Position numbers and translations under genes: made by a program. This document shows positions 59,198 to 64,000 of a stretch of 64,000 nt of DNA, one piece after another. Numbering within the stretch: the stretch's first letter is position 1; each line of letters begins with the position of its first letter. Under the pieces are notes generated by a model, which saw nothing but the letters and a program-made list of their open reading frames with translations, ran no database searches and was not told the origin of the DNA. Origin of the DNA: Dehalococcoidia bacterium. Lineage in GTDB: Bacteria > Chloroflexota > Dehalococcoidia > GIF9 > AB-539-J10. The DNA is taken from the NCBI GenBank assembly GCA_049586675.1, contig JBAVCL010000010.1, positions 1,074 through 65,073 of the forward strand, read 5' to 3'.

Positions 59198-60253
59198 GTG
59201 CCATGCTCACTCACTGTGCTCTTAGCGTCTATGGAACCAGGATACGTTGCGCTATACCACTCTGGCGAATTGGAACGTCGTGCTCAAGTACTCGAGGCTC
59301 GATTAGCCTCCTGCGCTATCTGCCCCAGGGAATGTCGGGCCAATAGATTACAAAACGAACTGGGCTATTGCCATTCCGGGCGCCTACCCATAGTCTCGGC
59401 AGCCTGCGCTCATCACGGTGAGGAGCCGGCTATTTCAGGAACCAGAGGGTCAGGGACAGTTTTCTTTGGCAATTGTAATATGAGATGCGTTTATTGTCAG
59501 AACTACCAGATAAGTCAGAACTGGAAAAAGCAAAAATCAAAGGAAATGGACTGCCACACCTTGGCGGAAAGGATGCTCTACCTTCAGGATGAACTGGGCT
59601 GCCACAATATCAATTTCGTTTCGCCATCTCATTTTGTTCCTCAGCTCCTGCGGGCAGTTGTGGAAGCGGTGCCCATGGGGCTTCGAGTGCCGCTGGTTTA
59701 CAACACTAGTGGTTATGATTCTGTCGCTTCTTTGAAAGAGCTTGACGGTGTCATAAGTATCTACTTGCCTGATTTGAGATATGCCTCGGACAAGTGGGCT
59801 AAGAAGTTCTCGCATGCCCCGGATTATGTAGCACGGGCTCGTCAGGCTATTAAAGAGATGTATCGACAGGTTGGAGACCTGGTGGTGGATGAATCTGGCG
59901 TGGCACAAAAAGGATTGATAGTGCGTCATCTTATTCTGCCCAACGGTCTGGCAGGCAGTGAAGAATCGCTAACCTGGCTTGTTCGGGAGCTTTCTCCCAC
60001 GGTGACGGTTAGCGTAATGTCTCAATACATGCCGATTCACCGGGCGCCGCGAATACCACTGCTTTCTCGGAAGATCACCGTTGACGAGCAGGAAACAGTC
60101 CTCAAGCTGCTAACTGACCTGGGAATAGAAAACGGCTGGGTGCAGGAAATGGGGGCAGCAGAAGAGTATCTCCCTGATTTTGAACGAGCAGGTCACCCTT
60201 TCTCCCCAGCGAATTCCCGGGATACCATACCAATCAGGCCTACTACAAATTAG
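59198..60253 (+). CDS. Radical SAM protein, PflX-like (putative glycyl-radical activating enzyme family)
   Basis: CNMRCVYC CxxxCxxC motif; PflX/COG1313-like N-terminus; last 11 codons and stop lie inside repeat R6. Confidence 0.65.
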   Translation: MPCSLTVLLASMEPGYVALYHSGELERRAQVLEARLASCAICPRECRANRLQNELGYCHSGRLPIVSAACAHHGEEPAISGTRGSGTVFFGNCNMRCVYCQNYQISQNWKKQKSKEMDCHTLAERMLYLQDELGCHNINFVSPSHFVPQLLRAVVEAVPMGLRVPLVYNTSGYDSVASLKELDGVISIYLPDLRYASDKWAKKFSHAPDYVARARQAIKEMYRQVGDLVVDESGVAQKGLIVRHLILPNGLAGSEESLTWLVRELSPTVTVSVMSQYMPIHRAPRIPLLSRKITVDEQETVLKLLTDLGIENGWVQEMGAAEEYLPDFERAGHPFSPANSRDTIPIRPTTN

Positions 60254-60275
60254 GTATTATGCCCCCAGTATACCC
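60211..60275 (+). repeat. Array repeat R6
   Basis: GAATTCCCGGGATACCATACCAATCAGGCCTACTACAAATTAGGTATTATGCCCCCAGTATACCC. Confidence 0.85.
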
Positions 60276-60345
60276 AACGATATGTTAAGATGGGTGAAAT
60301 GGACCTTCCATTGTGGCGTGATTTCAGCGATATTCTGCTCGAGGA

Positions 60346-61032
60346 ATGATCATGTCTGTAACAAGATTCATCAAGGATATACTGAGGAAATCTGAATCAA
60401 TCCCCACCCCGGGTGCCATAATCTACAATGCGACAGTGGCAATAGTTCTGCGCAAGCCTGAAACAAAGATTGCTGAGGACATAGTGGAAAAGATGGGAAG
60501 CGGGACTATTCTTGATTTAGGTTCGGGACCAGGCTATTTGTCAATAGAGATTGCCAAGAGGTCACCCAGCCTACAGATCTATGGCATAGATCTCAGCAGG
60601 CAAATGGTCAAGATTGCCAGACGCCATGCCCAAGGCGTTGATAATGCTCGATTTGTGTTTGGCAATGCGGCCAAACTCCCTTTTAAGGATAATTCCATAG
60701 ACCTTGTGATTAGTACGGGTGCTTCGCACCATTGGAAGACACCACGACTGGTGTTTGATGAATGCTATCGTGTTCTAAAAACCGGCAAGGAAGCCTGGAT
60801 ATACGACGGGTGTCCTGAGGTTTTCAACAACCCGGCTGATAGAAGAAAGGTAAACAAGGAATATGGTTTCTTCGTTGGCCGATTTGGACCTAGAGTCTCT
60901 ACACTACATGGTTTCACCAAGGAAGAATACCAGACCGAAATTAAGGATTATGTAGAGCAAACGGCATTCAAAGGCAACTACCAGATGGCGCTAACAGATA
61001 TTTGGATGAAGATTACGCTTAAGAAACGCTAG
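60346..61032 (+). CDS. Class I SAM-dependent methyltransferase
   Basis: ILDLGSGPGYLSIEIA motif I and downstream motifs (DLVISTGASHHW). Confidence 0.75.
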   Translation: MIMSVTRFIKDILRKSESIPTPGAIIYNATVAIVLRKPETKIAEDIVEKMGSGTILDLGSGPGYLSIEIAKRSPSLQIYGIDLSRQMVKIARRHAQGVDNARFVFGNAAKLPFKDNSIDLVISTGASHHWKTPRLVFDECYRVLKTGKEAWIYDGCPEVFNNPADRRKVNKEYGFFVGRFGPRVSTLHGFTKEEYQTEIKDYVEQTAFKGNYQMALTDIWMKITLKKR

Positions 61033-61035
61033 TGA

Positions 61036-61102
61036 GCAGTTCCAGGGATACCATACCAATGAAGCCTACTACGAATTAGGTATCATGTCCTCAGAATACC
61101 AT
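61036..61102 (+). repeat. Array repeat R7
   Basis: CAGTTCCAGGGATACCATACCAATGAAGCCTACTACGAATTAGGTATCATGTCCTCAGAATACCAT. Confidence 0.85.
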
Positions 61103-61149
61103 GTTGGACACTGCAAGGACACCCTGGTCGGCCGTTTTAGTACTCCCTG

Positions 61150-62652
61150 TCAGCCTTCCTTTGTCACGCTGAGTCGTCTCCGGTCTATCTGGCCCGACCC
61201 GGTTCTAGGCAGGTTGTCAACAAACTTGATTTGTTTGGGCACTTTATAATCAGATAAGCTCTGGCGACAAAAATCGCGTATTTCGTCCGCCGTAGCACTT
61301 TGTCCTTGCTTAAGCACTATGAAAGCTGTGGGAATTTGCCCTTTGTAATCATCAAGGACACCGACACAGGCTATTTCGGCTACCGCGGGATGTCTCAGCA
61401 GAACTTCTTCAACTGCCTCGGGGAGAATCTTAACTCCCCCCGAGGGCACTATGATAGATGATGTCTTTTCTATGAATTCCAGGTAGCCGTCCTCATCCAG
61501 CTTGACCAGGTCGCCAGTATAAAACCAACCATCTTTGATGACCCGGGCCGTGAGTTCAGGCGACTTGTAGTATTCTTTCATCATCCAGGGGGCTCTAGCA
61601 ACAGCTTCCCCTACGCTGCCCCGGGGTACTTCCTTGCCATTTTTATCCAGCACTCTAAGCTCAGCCAGGGGCTTCCCTGCCGTACCCAATTTGCGGTCGC
61701 GAATAGCACCTATAGTGACGATTATCAACTCCGTGAGCCCATATATTTCGCACACAGTTAAGCCAAACTTCTTCTCAAGCATCTCCATGAAAAGGGCTGA
61801 GGATTTTGCTCCGGCAGAAAGCACCGCTCTTAACGAACTGAGGTCATAGCTCTTCATCATCTCTTCGTCTATCATGGCCATGGCATTAAAGCTAGCCGGG
61901 ACGCCTATAAGCATGGTTGCTTTTTCCTGCTCTACAGTCTCCAAGATATTCTTGGAACTGAAATGAGGGAGGATTGCTATAGTGGCTCCCCTCATAACAG
62001 GCATGAGAACAACCAGCCCAAATCCCAGAAGGTAGTTAAAAGGGAGCAGACCTAACACAACATCGTCTCTCTCCAGTTCAAATTTTGCCACTGCTATGGG
62101 CAAAATTGACATGAACGACGCGTGAGTATGCACTATGCCCTTGCTCTTCCCCAGCACACCCAGGGTGTAAAAAACGATAGCTTCATCCTCGCCCTCTATA
62201 TTGACAGAGGGTGATAGAGGGGAGCTACTGGCCACAATCCCCTTATAATGGTCTGTATCAACTTCAAGGACCTGTTTCAGCAGGGGGACATTGGGCAAGA
62301 CTGAAGACAGCATGGGGGAGAATCTTTCTTCGGTAATCAGGATTTTGGAATCAGATCCACGGAGCTGAGGCTCAAGTTCGGGCACCTTAGCTCCGCTATC
62401 GAGGAGCACGCCCACAGCTCCAGCTTTAAGCACTCCAAAACAATTGATGACCCACTCAGGAGTACGAGACATTAGAATGGCTACGTGGTCGCTCTTCTTT
62501 ATCCCTAGACTCAGAAGGGCGTTGGCTATCTTGTTAGAAGTTTCATCAAATTCGCGGTAGCTAACTTTGCGAGAGCCAAGGACGATGGCCGTTTGCTGTG
62601 GCACCTCGCGGGCAGTTCTTTCTAGCATCTGCTTGAGATTCTTGAGATCCAT
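61150..62652 (-). CDS. AMP-dependent synthetase/ligase (acyl-CoA synthetase family)
   Basis: 500 aa; AMP-binding motifs (YTLGVLGKSKGIVHTH; YGLTE; GWFYTGDL). Confidence 0.85.
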   Translation of the reverse strand: MDLKNLKQMLERTAREVPQQTAIVLGSRKVSYREFDETSNKIANALLSLGIKKSDHVAILMSRTPEWVINCFGVLKAGAVGVLLDSGAKVPELEPQLRGSDSKILITEERFSPMLSSVLPNVPLLKQVLEVDTDHYKGIVASSSPLSPSVNIEGEDEAIVFYTLGVLGKSKGIVHTHASFMSILPIAVAKFELERDDVVLGLLPFNYLLGFGLVVLMPVMRGATIAILPHFSSKNILETVEQEKATMLIGVPASFNAMAMIDEEMMKSYDLSSLRAVLSAGAKSSALFMEMLEKKFGLTVCEIYGLTELIIVTIGAIRDRKLGTAGKPLAELRVLDKNGKEVPRGSVGEAVARAPWMMKEYYKSPELTARVIKDGWFYTGDLVKLDEDGYLEFIEKTSSIIVPSGGVKILPEAVEEVLLRHPAVAEIACVGVLDDYKGQIPTAFIVLKQGQSATADEIRDFCRQSLSDYKVPKQIKFVDNLPRTGSGQIDRRRLSVTKEG

Positions 62653-62718
62653 TGTCTCCCCCCAGACTTGATGAGTTTTAAGTAGGATTATGAGCTAATT
62701 TCCTATTTCCTGTCAATA

Positions 62719-62783
62719 GAATTTCAGGGATACCATATCAATCGGGCTTACTACAAATCAGGCATTATTTCCCCAAAATACTA
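62719..62783 (+). repeat. Array repeat R8
   Basis: GAATTTCAGGGATACCATATCAATCGGGCTTACTACAAATCAGGCATTATTTCCCCAAAATACTA. Confidence 0.85.
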
Positions 62784-62901
62784 AGGAATAATGCAACCTT
62801 TTTCGGCCTTCCGCGTTGTAGTAGTAATAGAAGAGACAGTGGGGAAAGTTCAGCAGATTGGACTAATAAATTTCATTGTAAAAGTGTAAAAGGAGGATAA
62901 A

Positions 62902-63675
62902 ATGAGTAACAAAAAGCTGGCAGGAATCCTAGGAAGTTGTATTGCACTTATCATCGCGATAGTAGCCATAGCTGCTCTCACACCAGCATCCGGGGAGGCG
63001 AATGAGAATACTGCATTTCACATTAATGTGATACCTGAAACGCCCGAGCTGATAAACGGAGAGTTGACTTTCAAATACTCTATTGCCGGACAGCACTTCG
63101 TATTCCTCGTGACAATTACCGATGAAGGTCAAGAAGGTCAACTTCTTGTACATATATCAGCGAAGGCTCCTGGCGTAGAAGTAGTCATTTATCAGCAGGA
63201 TATAGTTGAGGGACAAGTTGCCGAGGTGGTTGTCATACCAACACAAAAAAGCATTGGAAAAACTATTAAGGTAACTATCACTGGAAGTCAAGGTAGTCTG
63301 ACTGACAAAAAAGTTGTTAGCTTCAAAGTGGTAGAAGGTGAAGATGACAGGCAAGAATATGCCGGAGAGTTGCTAGATACATTTGTTTCCTGGCTAGCAA
63401 CGAATCATCCGGAACTCGGAATCACAGAGGATACAGCATGGAATGGCACTATGGTTAGCCCGGTATGGTTAGTTGTATCTCACTATTTTTTCTTCTCGGA
63501 GGAATGGGAGGTTCATATATCATGGCATATAATGATACCTCCATACGACTGGGCAAAGATCGACCTCCGTCATCGGTTCGACCAACTAGCGCCATCTTAC
63601 GCTTTTGAGATTTCATCAGTGAATGCTACCAGTGAGCCTATACCGACAGAAGTGCCAGAGACAGTTTGGCGTTAA
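62902..63675 (+). CDS. Hypothetical signal-anchored extracytoplasmic protein
   Basis: N-terminal hydrophobic segment LAGILGSCIALIIAIVAIAAL, then soluble domain with no recognised family; GGAGG RBS. Confidence 0.5.
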   Translation: MSNKKLAGILGSCIALIIAIVAIAALTPASGEANENTAFHINVIPETPELINGELTFKYSIAGQHFVFLVTITDEGQEGQLLVHISAKAPGVEVVIYQQDIVEGQVAEVVVIPTQKSIGKTIKVTITGSQGSLTDKKVVSFKVVEGEDDRQEYAGELLDTFVSWLATNHPELGITEDTAWNGTMVSPVWLVVSHYFFFSEEWEVHISWHIMIPPYDWAKIDLRHRFDQLAPSYAFEISSVNATSEPIPTEVPETVWR

Positions 63676-63679
63676 ACTG

Positions 63680-63746
63680 GAAATCCCAGGGACACCACAC
63701 CAATTAGGTCTACTATAAATTAGGTATCATGTCCCCAGAATACCCT
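63680..63746 (+). repeat. Array repeat R9
   Basis: GAAATCCCAGGGACACCACACCAATTAGGTCTACTATAAATTAGGTATCATGTCCCCAGAATACCCT. Confidence 0.85.
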
Positions 63747-64000
63747 GAACCCTGTTCAAAACGACGCAGGTAATCTCGTCCGCCCCTGGCTGGAGAAGCC
63801 GATTTTTTGAAAACTCAGGTGATTGCTTTATACTATTCTATGATCGATATAGCGATGACAGTATAGACGACTCGGGAATGTTACCTTGGGCGACAGGGAT
63901 TTAGAACTGCTGGAATTTCACAAGATACGGTAGCAACTGACTGCCGCGATTTTGTTAATCCGCTCACTCTGAGGCGGGCTAGCCATTTACAGAATGTTGG

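Noticed and set aside
55795-63746. Repeat array as a CRISPR locus
   Set aside because: Spacers are 0.7-1.7 kb and contain whole genes. Repeats are about 65 bp and only 80-90% identical. No cas genes.
55795-63746. Repeats as rho-independent terminators
   Set aside because: The hairpin is not followed by a U tract in any copy, and copies sit at both 5' and 3' ends of genes on both strands while keeping one orientation.

Overview
This 64 kb window reads as a Chloroflexota (Dehalococcoidia-like) chromosomal segment; that placement is an inference. It rests on fusA running directly into rpsJ with no tuf between them, no rpmD, a Z-type rpsN, and about 48-50% GC. Positions 1 to 18.5 kb hold a nearly complete str/S10/spc/alpha ribosomal-protein supercluster: the rpsG tail, fusA, rpsJ through rplO, secY, adk, map, infA, rpmJ, rpsM, rpsK, rpsD, rpoA, rplQ, truA, rplM and rpsI. 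It also contains a 31-codon, highly basic ORF between rplW and rplB that resembles bS22 and is absent from the ORF track. A small AT-rich islet follows between tRNA-Gln and tRNA-Glu, carrying a hypothetical gene, a short hicB and a 5'-truncated hicA remnant overlapping it, then a GIY-YIG/T5orf172 nuclease-like gene. The middle of the window (20 to 55 kb) is anaerobic metabolism and regulators, including an FmdE-like gene with a molybdopterin oxidoreductase, two NMO-family flavoenzymes, a tungsten-type aldehyde:ferredoxin oxidoreductase with an adjacent MoaD-like GG-terminal protein, trpS, a four-tRNA cluster, and a CoA-transferase/thiolase/ACAD operon next to an RpoD-like sigma factor. Two homologous elements of about 170 bp, each with a tRNA-like 3' terminus, bracket a 10.7 kb cluster. 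The most notable structure is at 55.8 to 63.75 kb. Nine copies of a roughly 65 bp imperfect-palindrome repeat, all in the same orientation, each separate a single unrelated gene. The cargo genes are heterogeneous, several are truncated or carry an internal stop, and they sit on both strands. This is integron-like, but the repeats do not match canonical attC core sites and no integrase gene is in the window; the array appears to continue past the window end. No rRNA genes or CRISPR arrays were seen.
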